A stretch of DNA of 64,000 nucleotides from an uncultured Sutterella sp. (GTDB taxonomy: Bacteria > Pseudomonadota > Gammaproteobacteria > Burkholderiales > Burkholderiaceae_F), in assembly GCA_900544255.1 (NCBI GenBank), contig UQUM01000005.1, positions 24,892 to 88,891 of the forward strand, given 5' to 3'. The position numbers were made by a program, and so were the translations under genes. The notes beneath the pieces are model-generated. The model did not search any database. It saw only the letters and a program-made list of their open reading frames with translations, and was not told the DNA's origin. This document shows, piece by piece, positions 35,947-45,523 of the stretch (the stretch's first letter is position 1; each line of letters begins with the position of its first letter).

Positions 35947-38346
35947 TCAGGCTCGCTGGCGGCAGCCGAGGCTGGTGAGGACGTCCACCACGGACGCCAC
36001 CGCAGCATCCGCCGCATCCTCTGCCAACGCTTCTTCGGTCTTCGAAGACAACGTCAGGCGGAACGCCATGCTCTTTTCCGCGGCACCTTCGGGACAGTAC
36101 ACGTCAAAGAGCCGGAAATCATCAATCACGGCTCCGGCGCGCGTTGCGCGGAGCTTTGCCACGGCGTCGAAAATCGACGCCGCGGTCACATTGCCCGGCA
36201 CCATGAGCGACACGTCGCGGTGCATCGGCTGGAATTTGCTCACGGCCGCGGGCTTCGGCAACGGAATGCTCGTGAGAGCGTCTACATCGATTTCAAAGAC
36301 CACCGGTGCCTTCGGAAGATCGTAGGCATGGCAGACCGCCGGATGCAGTTCCCCGATAAACCCGGCTTCCTTCCCGTTGATGAGAATGCGGGCGGAACGT
36401 CCCGGGTGCAGCGCCGGATGTTCCGCCGCTTCAAAACGGGCCGTAAGCGGGGCAACGAGCGCCTCAACATCCCCCTTCACGTCAAAGAAATCGACGTTGC
36501 GGGCAGCTTCGCCCCACTGCGCCGTATGCGCGTCGCCGTAAGCGAGGCCGGCAATGTGGTTGGGCTGGCGCACGCCCTTCACGGAGAAGGGGCCGTCTTC
36601 CACGGTTTCATCCGGGAAGAACACGCGACCCAGTTCGAACACGCGTACGTCTTCGGCCTTGCGGTTCAGGTTGAAGCGCAGGATATCGACGAGTCCGGAA
36701 ATGAGCTGGGTGCGCATCACGGACAACTGGCTCGCGATGGGGTTCAAAAGTCGGATGGGCTTGTCATTACCGGCAAAATCCTTTTCCCACTTTTCTTCCA
36801 CAAAGCTGAAGTTGATGAGTTCCTGATAACCGCGGGCCACCAAGGCTCGGCGCAGGTCATGCTTGCTGCGACTTTCTTCCGCCGGACTCAGCATCGTGGC
36901 TGCAGCCTTCGGAAGGCGATCCGGCAGCTTTTCGTAGCCGTAGAGACGCGCCACTTCTTCAATGAGATCTTCTTCGATCTCGATGTCAAAGCGGTACGTC
37001 GGGGACGTCACGACGAAATCTTCGCCGTCGCGCACGAATTCAAACCCGAGGCGGGTAAACGCCTGCGCCATGAAGTCCTGAGGAATATCGATCCCCACCA
37101 GCTTCACGCAGCGCGAGGGACGCATACGCACCTTCTTCGTTTCCGGCAGATTCACCTGCTGATCATCCACCGGCCCCACCTTCGTTTCCGCCGTACCGCA
37201 GATGTCGAGCACAAGCTGCGTAATGTACTGCATGTGTTCGGCATTGCTGCCGTAATCGACGCCGCGTTCAAAGCGGTGCGCCGCATCCGTAGAGAAATTG
37301 AGCTTGCGGCAACGCCCCTGAATCTTCACCGGGTACCAAAACGCGGCTTCAATGAAAATGTCCGTCGTGTCAAGCGTAATCGACGTCGCTTCTCCGCCCA
37401 TGATGCCGGCGATGGCTTCAGGGCCGTTTTCGTCTGCGATCACGCCGTAGTAAGGATCAAGTTTTGCAGTTTCACCGTTCAACAATTCGCAGTTTTCGCC
37501 TTCCTTGGCCCAGCGAACCGTGAGGTCGCCCTTAATCTTGCCGAGATCAAAGAAGTGCGTCGGACGCCCGAGTTCGAGCATCACGTAGTTCGAAATGTCG
37601 ACGAGCGCCGAAATCGAGCGCTGACCGCTCTTTTCCAAGCGATCCTTCATCCACTGAGGCGTGGGCGCCTTGGCATTGAGCCCCCGAATCACACGACCCG
37701 TAAAACGACCGCAGAGTTCCGGCGCTTCAATATGCACCGCCTTTCGGCATTCGCAGGTCGCGGGCACCACGGGCATCGCGGGCAGCGTGAGGGGCGCCCC
37801 CGTTACTGCATGCAGGTCGCGGGCAACGCCCACCAAGGACAATGCATCACCACGATTGGGGGTGAGCTTGATTTCGATGCGCTTGTCGTCCAAGTGCATC
37901 AGTTCCCGCACGTCTTCCCCGACGGGCGCATCCTCAGGCAGTTCCCAAATGCCGTTGTGGTCGCCGTTCACGCCCAACTCACGCTGCGAGCAGAGCATGC
38001 CGAAGCTTTCCACACCGCGCATCTTGGCGCGCTTGATCTTGAATTCCGGCAATACGGCGCCGATCTTGGCGCAGGCCACCTTAAGTCCTGTGCGCACGTT
38101 GGGCGCACCACAGACGATCTGCAGCACTTCGCCCGCACCCACGTCCACCTTACAGACGTGCAGATGATCCGAATTTTCGTGATCCACGCATTCCAGCACG
38201 TGCCCCACCACCACACCGGAAAATTCCGGTGCAATGCTCGTCACTTCTTCCACTTCCAACCCGGCCATCGTGAGCTTTTCAGCGAGCTCATCCGTCGTGA
38301 GATCCGGATTAATGTAGCTTCTCAGCCACTCTTCAGAAAACAGCAT
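35947..38346 (-). CDS. pheT: Phenylalanine--tRNA ligase beta subunit
   Basis: 799 aa. tRNA-binding, B3/B4, B5 and anticodon-binding domains. Confidence 0.92.
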   Translation of the reverse strand: MLFSEEWLRSYINPDLTTDELAEKLTMAGLEVEEVTSIAPEFSGVVVGHVLECVDHENSDHLHVCKVDVGAGEVLQIVCGAPNVRTGLKVACAKIGAVLPEFKIKRAKMRGVESFGMLCSQRELGVNGDHNGIWELPEDAPVGEDVRELMHLDDKRIEIKLTPNRGDALSLVGVARDLHAVTGAPLTLPAMPVVPATCECRKAVHIEAPELCGRFTGRVIRGLNAKAPTPQWMKDRLEKSGQRSISALVDISNYVMLELGRPTHFFDLGKIKGDLTVRWAKEGENCELLNGETAKLDPYYGVIADENGPEAIAGIMGGEATSITLDTTDIFIEAAFWYPVKIQGRCRKLNFSTDAAHRFERGVDYGSNAEHMQYITQLVLDICGTAETKVGPVDDQQVNLPETKKVRMRPSRCVKLVGIDIPQDFMAQAFTRLGFEFVRDGEDFVVTSPTYRFDIEIEEDLIEEVARLYGYEKLPDRLPKAAATMLSPAEESRSKHDLRRALVARGYQELINFSFVEEKWEKDFAGNDKPIRLLNPIASQLSVMRTQLISGLVDILRFNLNRKAEDVRVFELGRVFFPDETVEDGPFSVKGVRQPNHIAGLAYGDAHTAQWGEAARNVDFFDVKGDVEALVAPLTARFEAAEHPALHPGRSARILINGKEAGFIGELHPAVCHAYDLPKAPVVFEIDVDALTSIPLPKPAAVSKFQPMHRDVSLMVPGNVTAASIFDAVAKLRATRAGAVIDDFRLFDVYCPEGAAEKSMAFRLTLSSKTEEALAEDAADAAVASVVDVLTSLGCRQRA

Positions 38347-38371
38347 CTTTCGTTACTCCATCCGGTTTTTC

Positions 38372-39388
38372 TCAGTTGAACTGACGCAGAAAGCGCAGAT
38401 CGCCTTCAAAGAAGAGGCGCAGGTCATCCACGCCGTAGCGCAGCATCGTCAGACGTTCCAAACCGGAACCGAAGGCAAACCCGACGTACTTTTCAGGATC
38501 GAGTCCATAGTTGCGCACCACGTTGGGGTGCACTTCGCCGGCGCCGGAGATTTCCAACCAACGGCCTTTCTTGGGGCCCGTCGTAAAGGCCATGTCCACT
38601 TCAACCGAGGGTTCGGTGAACGGGAAGTAGCTCGGACGGAAACGAACGATCAAATCATCCGTCTCAAAGAAACGGCGCAGGAAGCTCGAATAAACGCCCT
38701 TCAGATCCGTGAACGAAATGTCATCGCCAATCCACAACCCTTCCACCTGATGGAACATCGGGCTGTGCGTGGCATCGCTGTCCACACGGTAAGTGCGGCC
38801 CGGGGCGATGACCTTAATGGGCGGCTGATGCGTACGGGCGTAGCGAACCTGCATCGGAGACGTATGCGGCCGCAGCGGCAACTGCAGTCCCGTGCCGTCC
38901 TTGCGATCCACGTAGAACGTATCCTGCATGGAACGGGCCGGATGATTGGGCGGATTATTAAGCGCCGTGAAACTGAACCAATCGCTTTCAATTTCAGGAC
39001 CGTCGGCGACATCAAAACCGATGGAACGGAAGATTTCTTCAATCCGGATCCATGTGCGCATCACGGGATGCAGGCCACCCGCCGGAATCCGACGGCCGGG
39101 CAACGTTACGTCGATCGCTTCGGCGGCGAGCTTTGCCTTCATCTTTTCCGCCGCGAGCGCATCACGCCGTGCGGTGAGCGCGGCGTCAATCGCCTGCTTT
39201 ACCGCATTGATGGCCTTACCGCGTTCCTTTCGTTCTTCGGGCGCGAGTTTCCCCAACGACTTCATCATTACCGTGACGGCGCCCGTCTTACCGAGGTACT
39301 TGGCCTTGGCGTCTTCGAGCGCGGCCGGCTGCTGAGCCGCCGCAAAATCGGCCTTGGCCGATTCAATCAATTGTTCTAATTCGTCCAT
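38372..39388 (-). CDS. pheS: Phenylalanine--tRNA ligase alpha subunit
   Basis: Class II aaRS motifs ([25 protein letters not shown]). Confidence 0.92.
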   Translation of the reverse strand: MDELEQLIESAKADFAAAQQPAALEDAKAKYLGKTGAVTVMMKSLGKLAPEERKERGKAINAVKQAIDAALTARRDALAAEKMKAKLAAEAIDVTLPGRRIPAGGLHPVMRTWIRIEEIFRSIGFDVADGPEIESDWFSFTALNNPPNHPARSMQDTFYVDRKDGTGLQLPLRPHTSPMQVRYARTHQPPIKVIAPGRTYRVDSDATHSPMFHQVEGLWIGDDISFTDLKGVYSSFLRRFFETDDLIVRFRPSYFPFTEPSVEVDMAFTTGPKKGRWLEISGAGEVHPNVVRNYGLDPEKYVGFAFGSGLERLTMLRYGVDDLRLFFEGDLRFLRQFN

Positions 39389-39476
39389 CTTGACTCATAC
39401 CGACGAATCCGACGCCCAGCCTCTTTTAGTGAGCCCCCGCCGACGGATTTCGCCTTCTTCTCGAAAAGGATCGCTG

Positions 39477-39504
39477 ATTATAGAAAAAAACACTGAAAAA
39501 ACAA
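39477..39504 (-). promoter_or_regulatory. Candidate sigma-70 promoter for pheST (TTGTTT-16-TATAAT)
   Basis: Perfect -10 TATAAT in the T-rich rplT-pheS spacer, ~90 nt upstream of the pheS ATG. No Phe-rich leader peptide was found. Confidence 0.3.
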
Positions 39505-39631
39505 ATAGTTCTTTCAAAATTTTTTCAGCAAAAAAAAGGGCTCAGCACGTGCTTTGCAATGAAAACACTCAGCTGAACCCCTTTCTGAGGCGGCCGATCT
39601 CTGCGAAACCGGCCCGCTCCGTCCGGCTTAA

Positions 39632-39988
39632 TTAAGCCAGAGCAGCCTTGGCCTGTTCGACGAGGGCGGCGAAACCGGCCTTATCAAACACAGCCATGTC
39701 GGCGAGCACCTTGCGGTCAAGAGCAATATCCGCCTTCTTCAGACCGTTCATAAAACGGCTGTAGGTCATACCGTTGGCACGGGTCGCAGCGTTGATACGC
39801 GCGATCCAGAGGCGACGGAAGACGTGCTTCTTGTCGCGGCGGTCGCGGTAAGCGTACTGACCGGCACGCATGACGGCCTGCTTGGCAATGCGGAACACAT
39901 TGTTGCGGCGCAGACGGAAACCCTTGGCAAGGGCGATAATCTTCTTATGACGGGCACGAGCCGTCACACCACGTTTCACGCGAGGCAT
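39632..39988 (-). CDS. rplT: 50S ribosomal protein L20
   Basis: [17 protein letters not shown]... canonical L20. Confidence 0.92.
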   Translation of the reverse strand: MPRVKRGVTARARHKKIIALAKGFRLRRNNVFRIAKQAVMRAGQYAYRDRRDKKHVFRRLWIARINAATRANGMTYSRFMNGLKKADIALDRKVLADMAVFDKAGFAALVEQAKAALA

Positions 39989-40006
39989 TCTTTATTCCCT
40001 CCCTTA

Positions 40007-40204
40007 TTACGCGTAAGGCAGCATACGATGGATGGACTTGCTGTCGGATTCGTGAATGGTGACCATTCCGCGAAGGTGACGCTTGTTCTTCGTCGTACGA
40101 TGGGTGAGAATGTGACGCTTGGTGGCGTGAGCACGCTTAATGGAACCGCCGGCGCGGACCTTGAAGCGCTTGCTCGCAGCCTTCTTAGTTTTCATCTTCG
40201 GCAT
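40007..40204 (-). CDS. rpmI: 50S ribosomal protein L35
   Basis: [16 protein letters not shown]... canonical L35. Confidence 0.92.
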   Translation of the reverse strand: MPKMKTKKAASKRFKVRAGGSIKRAHATKRHILTHRTTKNKRHLRGMVTIHESDSKSIHRMLPYA

Positions 40205-40344
40205 TTGCCGTTTTCCTTCTGATTTGTCGGAACATCAGGCGGTCTCTCAAAGGGAAACACTTCGCTTATGCCCGCCCCGACTTTTTAAAAGCGACCGCTC
40301 AATTTAACGGCCGCTCTGAGAAAGTCCGTGATTATACACAAAAC

Positions 40345-40866
40345 TTACTTCTTTTTCTTCGGGGCCAGCACCATAATCATCTGGCGCCCTTCCATCTTCG
40401 GATTCTGCTCAATCTGAGCTTCCTCCGCGAGATCGGTGCGGATACGGTCCATGATCTGGGCACCCAACTGCTGGTGCGCCATCTCGCGGCCGCGGTAACG
40501 CAGAGTCACCTTCGCCTTGTCACCGTCGCCCAGGAAGCGGCGCAGTGCGCGCAGCTTCGTCTGATAGTCGTTTTCATCGGTGGCGGGACGGAATTTGACT
40601 TCCTTTACCTGCACAACCTTCTGGCGCGCCTTCATTTCCTGGGCTTTCTTCTGCTCCTGATAACGGAACTTACCGTAGTCCATCAGGCGGCACACCGGCG
40701 GCTGCGCGTTCGGGGCGATTTCAACCAAATCGACATCGGCTTCTTCGGCCATGCGAAGCGCCTCAGACGTACGAACGATGCCGATCTGAGCACCGTCCAC
40801 ACCGGTCAGTCGAACCTCGGGAACCCGGATCTCATGATTGATCCGGTGATTGCGATCTTGAGCTAT
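40345..40866 (-). CDS. infC: Translation initiation factor IF-3 with non-canonical AUA start codon
   Basis: Homology to the IF3 N-domain ([15 protein letters not shown]) extends 22 codons upstream of the first ATG. The in-frame upstream window is closed by TAA after 12 codons with no ATG/GTG/TTG. GGGAG SD 7 nt before ATA at 40866. Confidence 0.8.
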   Translation of the reverse strand: MAQDRNHRINHEIRVPEVRLTGVDGAQIGIVRTSEALRMAEEADVDLVEIAPNAQPPVCRLMDYGKFRYQEQKKAQEMKARQKVVQVKEVKFRPATDENDYQTKLRALRRFLGDGDKAKVTLRYRGREMAHQQLGAQIMDRIRTDLAEEAQIEQNPKMEGRQMIMVLAPKKKK

Positions 40867-40936
40867 GACACTACTCCCAAAAAAGTTGAGGCACGGGGCA
40901 CCTTAGAGCACCCCATGCAACAGATAAAAGAGCCGT

Positions 40937-42856
40937 TTACTCGTCTTTGTTGACGCGGCGCTTGTCCTCATCGACCACTCGGTCGATGAATGCCTGCAGC
41001 GGCATGACACCGAGGTTGCGGCCGCCGCGAGCACGAATACTCACGGTGCCGTCCGCCTTTTCCTTGTCGCCGACGACGGCGATGTAAGGAACCTTCTGCA
41101 GGGTAAGTTCGCGGATTTTATAGTTGATTTTTTCACCGCGCAAATCCGTCACCACGCGCAGGCCCGCCGCCTTCAGCTTATCAGCGACTTCCTTGGCGTA
41201 ATCGGTCTGTGCGTCGGTAATGGACGCCACGGCCACCTGCCAGGGCGCGAGCCACACAGGCATGGCACCGGCATAGTGTTCGATCAGCATGCCGATCCAG
41301 CGTTCCAACGACCCCAAAATCGCGCGATGCAGCATCACGGGCACCTTGCGGGAGTTGTCTTCGGCCACGTATTCCGCACCGAGACGCCCCGGCATCTGGA
41401 AGTCGACCTGGATCGTACCGCACTGCCAGGTGCGTCCGAGGCAGTCCTTCAGATGGTATTCGATCTTAGGACCGTAGAACGCGCCTTCTCCGGGAAGCAC
41501 TTCGTATTCGACGCCGCTCTGACGCAGGCTTTCAAACAACGCTTCCTCAGCCTTATCCCACACGGCGTCCTCGCCGATGCGCATTTCGGGACGCGTCGCC
41601 ACCTTGAAAGCGATGTCATCAAACCCGAAGAGGTGATAAACCTCACGCACGAGCTTGGTGTAGGCCACGCATTCCGTGAGAATCTGATCTTCCGTGCAGA
41701 AGATGTGACCGTCGTCCTGCGTAAAGCCGCGCACGCGCATCATGCCGTGCAATGAACCGGAGGGTTCGTTGCGGTGGCACAGGCCGAATTCACCGATTCG
41801 CAACGGCAGGTCGCGATAGCTGCGCAACGCCGAATTAAAGAGCTGAATATGCCCCGGGCAGTTCATCGGCTTCAAAGCGTAGTAACGGTTTTCCGATTCC
41901 GTCGTAAACATGTTCGCGCGGTACTTCGCCCAGTGGCCGGACCGTTCCCAAAGCGAACGATCGATCACCTGAGGCGTACGCACTTCGAGGTAGCCGTTTT
42001 CCTGATACACGCGGCGCATCAGCTGTTCGACGACCTGCCAAATGGCCCAGCCCTTGGCGTGCCAGAAGATCATGCCGGGGGCTTCGTCCTGCAGATGGAA
42101 GAGATTCAGTTCCTTGCCGAGGCGACGGTGATCACGCTTTTCGGCTTCGGCAAGCATTTCAAGATAAGCATCCTGATCCTTCGCCGTGGCCCAGGCCGTA
42201 CCGTAGATGCGCTGCAGCATTTCATTCTTGCTGTCGCCGCGCCAGTAGGCACCCGCCACCTTCATAAGCTTAAAGACCTTGAGTTTGCCGGTCGAAGGCA
42301 CGTGAGGTCCGCGGCAGAGATCGATGAAGTCGCCCTGACGGTAAAGCGAAATCACTTCACCCGACGGAATCGACTCGATGATTTCCGCCTTATAGTGTTC
42401 GCCCATGTCCTTGAAGAACTTCACGGCGGCGTCGCGATCCATTTCGCTGCGTTCGACCGGGATGTCCTTCTTTACGAGTTCATGCATACGCGCTTCAATC
42501 GCCGTCAGATCTTCCGGCGTGAAGGCACGTTCGAACTTGAAGTCGTAATAGAAACCGTTTTCAATCGCCGGTCCGATCGTCACCTGAGCCGCCGGGAACA
42601 GTTCCTTCACGGCCTGTGCCATGAGGTGCGACGTCGAATGGCGAATGATTTCAAGCCCTTCGGCATCCTTGCCGGTGATGATGGCCACCGAAGCGTCAGC
42701 GGTGAGCGCATGGGACAAATCCACAAGCTTACCGTCTACCTTCCCCGCGAGAGCCGCCTTCGCAAGCCCCGCACCGATCGACTGCGCCACGTCCGCAACC
42801 GTCACACCCGATTCATACTCCCGGCGGGATCCGTCGGGCAGCGTTACCGTGATCAT
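40937..42856 (-). CDS. thrS: Threonine--tRNA ligase
   Basis: TGS, editing, class II catalytic and anticodon-binding domains. The start is probably MITVTLPDG; the track ORF extends 13 codons further. Confidence 0.92.
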   Translation of the reverse strand: MITVTLPDGSRREYESGVTVADVAQSIGAGLAKAALAGKVDGKLVDLSHALTADASVAIITGKDAEGLEIIRHSTSHLMAQAVKELFPAAQVTIGPAIENGFYYDFKFERAFTPEDLTAIEARMHELVKKDIPVERSEMDRDAAVKFFKDMGEHYKAEIIESIPSGEVISLYRQGDFIDLCRGPHVPSTGKLKVFKLMKVAGAYWRGDSKNEMLQRIYGTAWATAKDQDAYLEMLAEAEKRDHRRLGKELNLFHLQDEAPGMIFWHAKGWAIWQVVEQLMRRVYQENGYLEVRTPQVIDRSLWERSGHWAKYRANMFTTESENRYYALKPMNCPGHIQLFNSALRSYRDLPLRIGEFGLCHRNEPSGSLHGMMRVRGFTQDDGHIFCTEDQILTECVAYTKLVREVYHLFGFDDIAFKVATRPEMRIGEDAVWDKAEEALFESLRQSGVEYEVLPGEGAFYGPKIEYHLKDCLGRTWQCGTIQVDFQMPGRLGAEYVAEDNSRKVPVMLHRAILGSLERWIGMLIEHYAGAMPVWLAPWQVAVASITDAQTDYAKEVADKLKAAGLRVVTDLRGEKINYKIRELTLQKVPYIAVVGDKEKADGTVSIRARGGRNLGVMPLQAFIDRVVDEDKRRVNKDE

Positions 42857-43070
42857 CACGATCTCCTTTCCTTTCGGCTCCGGCTCCTCCCCCAACGGCA
42901 GGACGGAAACGAAAACCTATTGATGAAAAAAAACCAAAAAAAAGTGCGGCCCGTGGGTCGCACTTTCTGCAGAGAACGAAATCTGCGCCGCCCGCAAGCT
43001 TTAATCGCTCGGGGTGTTTGTCGTCTCAGAAACCAACAAACGATTGCACATACTGCGTTCCCAAAAAAAT

Positions 43071-43147
43071 CTGGTAGGCACGATTGGACTCGAACCAACG
43101 ACCCCCACCATGTCAAGGTGATGCTCTAACCAACTGAGCTACGTGCC
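43071..43147 (-). tRNA. tRNA-Val (anticodon GAC)
   Basis: AGGCACG acceptor, GCTC-AGTTGGTTA-GAGC D-arm, anticodon loop TTGACAT, T-arm GGTTCGAGTCC, CCA encoded. Confidence 0.85.
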
Positions 43148-43159
43148 TGAGAGACTTCG

Positions 43160-43188
43160 AACTATACAGAGGGTTTTACCATTTTGCA
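43160..43188 (-). promoter_or_regulatory. Candidate sigma-70 promoter of tRNA-Val (TTGCAA-17-TATAGT)
   Basis: -10 lies 12 nt upstream of the mature tRNA 5' end. Confidence 0.45.
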
Positions 43189-43259
43189 AATTTTCTCTGC
43201 ATCTCTTTTACTGTCTTGCTCGAAATCGTTGTTTTTACGTAAAAGATTTTTTGGCGAGT

Positions 43260-45395
43260 TTATGCACGTCGTGCGCTCATCACTCCGTTCAGCTCGCGCA
43301 GTGCCGCGAGCGCCCGGTGAATTTCCTCGGAATTGTGCACTTCCACTGAAAAACGCATGTGCGCATCCCCCTTCACGTTCATCGTATTGATCCCGATAAT
43401 GTTTTGTTTTTCGCGCATGAAGACTTCGGAAATATCCTTGATCAGACCGAAGCGGTCACGAGCCACCACCAAAATATCGATGGGGTACACCGCATCCTTC
43501 ACCGTCCCCCAACTCACTTCGATCATGCGTTCCTGAATATTGGCAGCAAGGTTCTTCGCGTTCGGGCAATCGATCAGGTGAATCGTCACGCCGCGGCCGC
43601 GCGTCACAAAGCCAACGATTTCGTCCGGAGGCGTCGGGTGACAGCAACGGGCGAGCTGCGTCAAAAGCGATCCCATTCCCACCACGAGCACGTTGTCCTT
43701 ACCGACCTTCTGCGTCGAGCGTACGACGACGTTCGGTTCATTTTCCGGTTCCGGACGCTGCGGCTGCAGGGCCTGTTCAATCGAGCGGCCGCTGAGTTCT
43801 TCCTTATAAAAGGCGACGCAGAGTTCATTGACGTCGTCGTACCCCAGGCGTTTGGCGAGGTCTTCGAGCTTCACGGACGTTTTGCCCAAACGCGCCAATT
43901 CGCGGTCAAGTTTCTCGCGTCCGCCCGTCATCATTTCGGCCAACGTCTGAGCATTGAACCACTGACGCACCTTGGTACGGGTACGGGGACTCACCGCAAA
44001 CCCCAAATCCGGATTGAGCCAGTCGCGCGACGGTCCGCCCTCCTTCACCGTGATGATTTCCACGGTTTCACCGGTTTTGAGCTTGGTGTTAAGAGGCACC
44101 ATCACCCCGTTCACCTTGGCACCGCGGCAACGGTGACCGAGTTCAGTATGCACCTGATACGCGAAGTCAATCGGCGTTGCGCCCCCCGGCAGTTCCACCA
44201 CGCGACCCTGCGGCGTCAGCGCGTACACATGGTCATCTTCAAGCCCCGGCTTCTTCGGAGGTTCCACGTCGCTGTGCCACGCCAAAATCTGCCGCAGCCA
44301 CGCCACGCGCTGCTCCTCGGCTTCCGCGCCCTTGTCTTTGTTGGAGTTGCCGGTTTCCTTATAGCGCCAGTGCGCCGCCACGCCGAGTTCGGCGAATTCA
44401 TGCATCGCTCGCGTGCGGATCTGAATTTCCACAGGCTTACCCGACGGATCAGTCACCACGGTATGCAGCGATTGATAGCCGTTCGGCTTCGGGTGTGCAA
44501 TGTAGTCGTCGTATTCCTTACTGAGCACCGTAAAGTGCTTCTGCACGATGGACAGCACCTCGTAACAGTGTTCCACCGTGTCGACGATGATGCGCATGGC
44601 CCGAATATCAAAAAGCTGATCAAACCGCAGATGCTTGCGGACCATCTTCTTATAAATGGAATAAATGTGCTTGGGACGTCCGCTCACCTCGGCCTGAATG
44701 TTTTCCTCCCGCAGGAGAAGTTTGATCCGATCCACGCAGTCCTGCATGAATTTCAGGCGTTCTTCGCGGGATTCATCAAGTTCCCGGGCGATTTCGTTAT
44801 AGATCTTGGGTTCCGTAAACCGCAGCGACAGGTCTTCGAGTTCCCACTTCATCTGCCAAATACCCAAACGGTTGGCCAAGGGGGAATAAAGCGCCAACGT
44901 TTCGCGACCGTAGTCTGCCGAGCCCGGCGCCCCGGAAGCGGCAAACCAGCGCAGCGTCTGCAGGCGGCTCGCCAAACGGAGCACCACCACCCGCAGATCA
45001 TGGCACATTGCGAGCAGCATCCGTCGCAGAGCTTCGGGCTGATACGTCGCATCCGCCTCCCGGCTGCCGCCGCGGGCCCGCTGACTCACGGCCGAAAGCC
45101 GCTGCAGATCCGTCACGAGCTGCAAGACGACTTTGCCGAACGTTTTCTCAATCCAGTCTTCCGAATCGTGCACGCAGTCCGCTACGCTGAAGAGGTACGC
45201 AGCGCAGATCAATTCTTCATCTTCGCGCACGCCGCGGAGTATTTCCGCCATGCCGTCGGCGTGAGCCAAACGGTCTTCCCCCGTGTAAAGCTTCTGATTC
45301 AGATAAAGCGGCTCCACCAACCGGCGGGCAAGCTGCCAATCGGCCCGGCCTTCGATAACGGCCGATTCTTTTTCGGTCTGATTCGTGTCGGTCAT
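43260..45395 (-). CDS. relA: GTP pyrophosphokinase RelA ((p)ppGpp synthetase I; degenerate HD hydrolase motif)
   Basis: 711 aa. Synthetase domain, TGS, ACT. HD motif not conserved, hence RelA-type rather than SpoT. Confidence 0.85.
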   Translation of the reverse strand: MTDTNQTEKESAVIEGRADWQLARRLVEPLYLNQKLYTGEDRLAHADGMAEILRGVREDEELICAAYLFSVADCVHDSEDWIEKTFGKVVLQLVTDLQRLSAVSQRARGGSREADATYQPEALRRMLLAMCHDLRVVVLRLASRLQTLRWFAASGAPGSADYGRETLALYSPLANRLGIWQMKWELEDLSLRFTEPKIYNEIARELDESREERLKFMQDCVDRIKLLLREENIQAEVSGRPKHIYSIYKKMVRKHLRFDQLFDIRAMRIIVDTVEHCYEVLSIVQKHFTVLSKEYDDYIAHPKPNGYQSLHTVVTDPSGKPVEIQIRTRAMHEFAELGVAAHWRYKETGNSNKDKGAEAEEQRVAWLRQILAWHSDVEPPKKPGLEDDHVYALTPQGRVVELPGGATPIDFAYQVHTELGHRCRGAKVNGVMVPLNTKLKTGETVEIITVKEGGPSRDWLNPDLGFAVSPRTRTKVRQWFNAQTLAEMMTGGREKLDRELARLGKTSVKLEDLAKRLGYDDVNELCVAFYKEELSGRSIEQALQPQRPEPENEPNVVVRSTQKVGKDNVLVVGMGSLLTQLARCCHPTPPDEIVGFVTRGRGVTIHLIDCPNAKNLAANIQERMIEVSWGTVKDAVYPIDILVVARDRFGLIKDISEVFMREKQNIIGINTMNVKGDAHMRFSVEVHNSEEIHRALAALRELNGVMSARRA

Positions 45396-45523
45396 TCTTT
45401 TTTCTTGTCCCTAAGAGCGCCGGCCTCTGTGAACCGGCGCGATCCTCTTTCTTGTTGAGATTATTTTAATGGCGGGACTGCGTCTTTTTCGAATCAGCCC
45501 TGACGGAGTTGTGACCAAAATCG

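Noticed and set aside
39389-39631. Search for a pheM-like Phe-rich leader peptide or attenuator upstream of pheS
   Set aside because: No ATG-initiated Phe-codon-rich mini-ORF is present on the minus strand in the 243-bp spacer. Only a T-rich tract and a TATAAT -10 were found, so E. coli-style attenuation is not supported.
40800-40800. ATG at 40800 (MDGAQIG) as the infC start
   Set aside because: It would delete ~22 conserved N-domain residues that are encoded in-frame upstream. The AUA start with a GGGAG SD is preferred.
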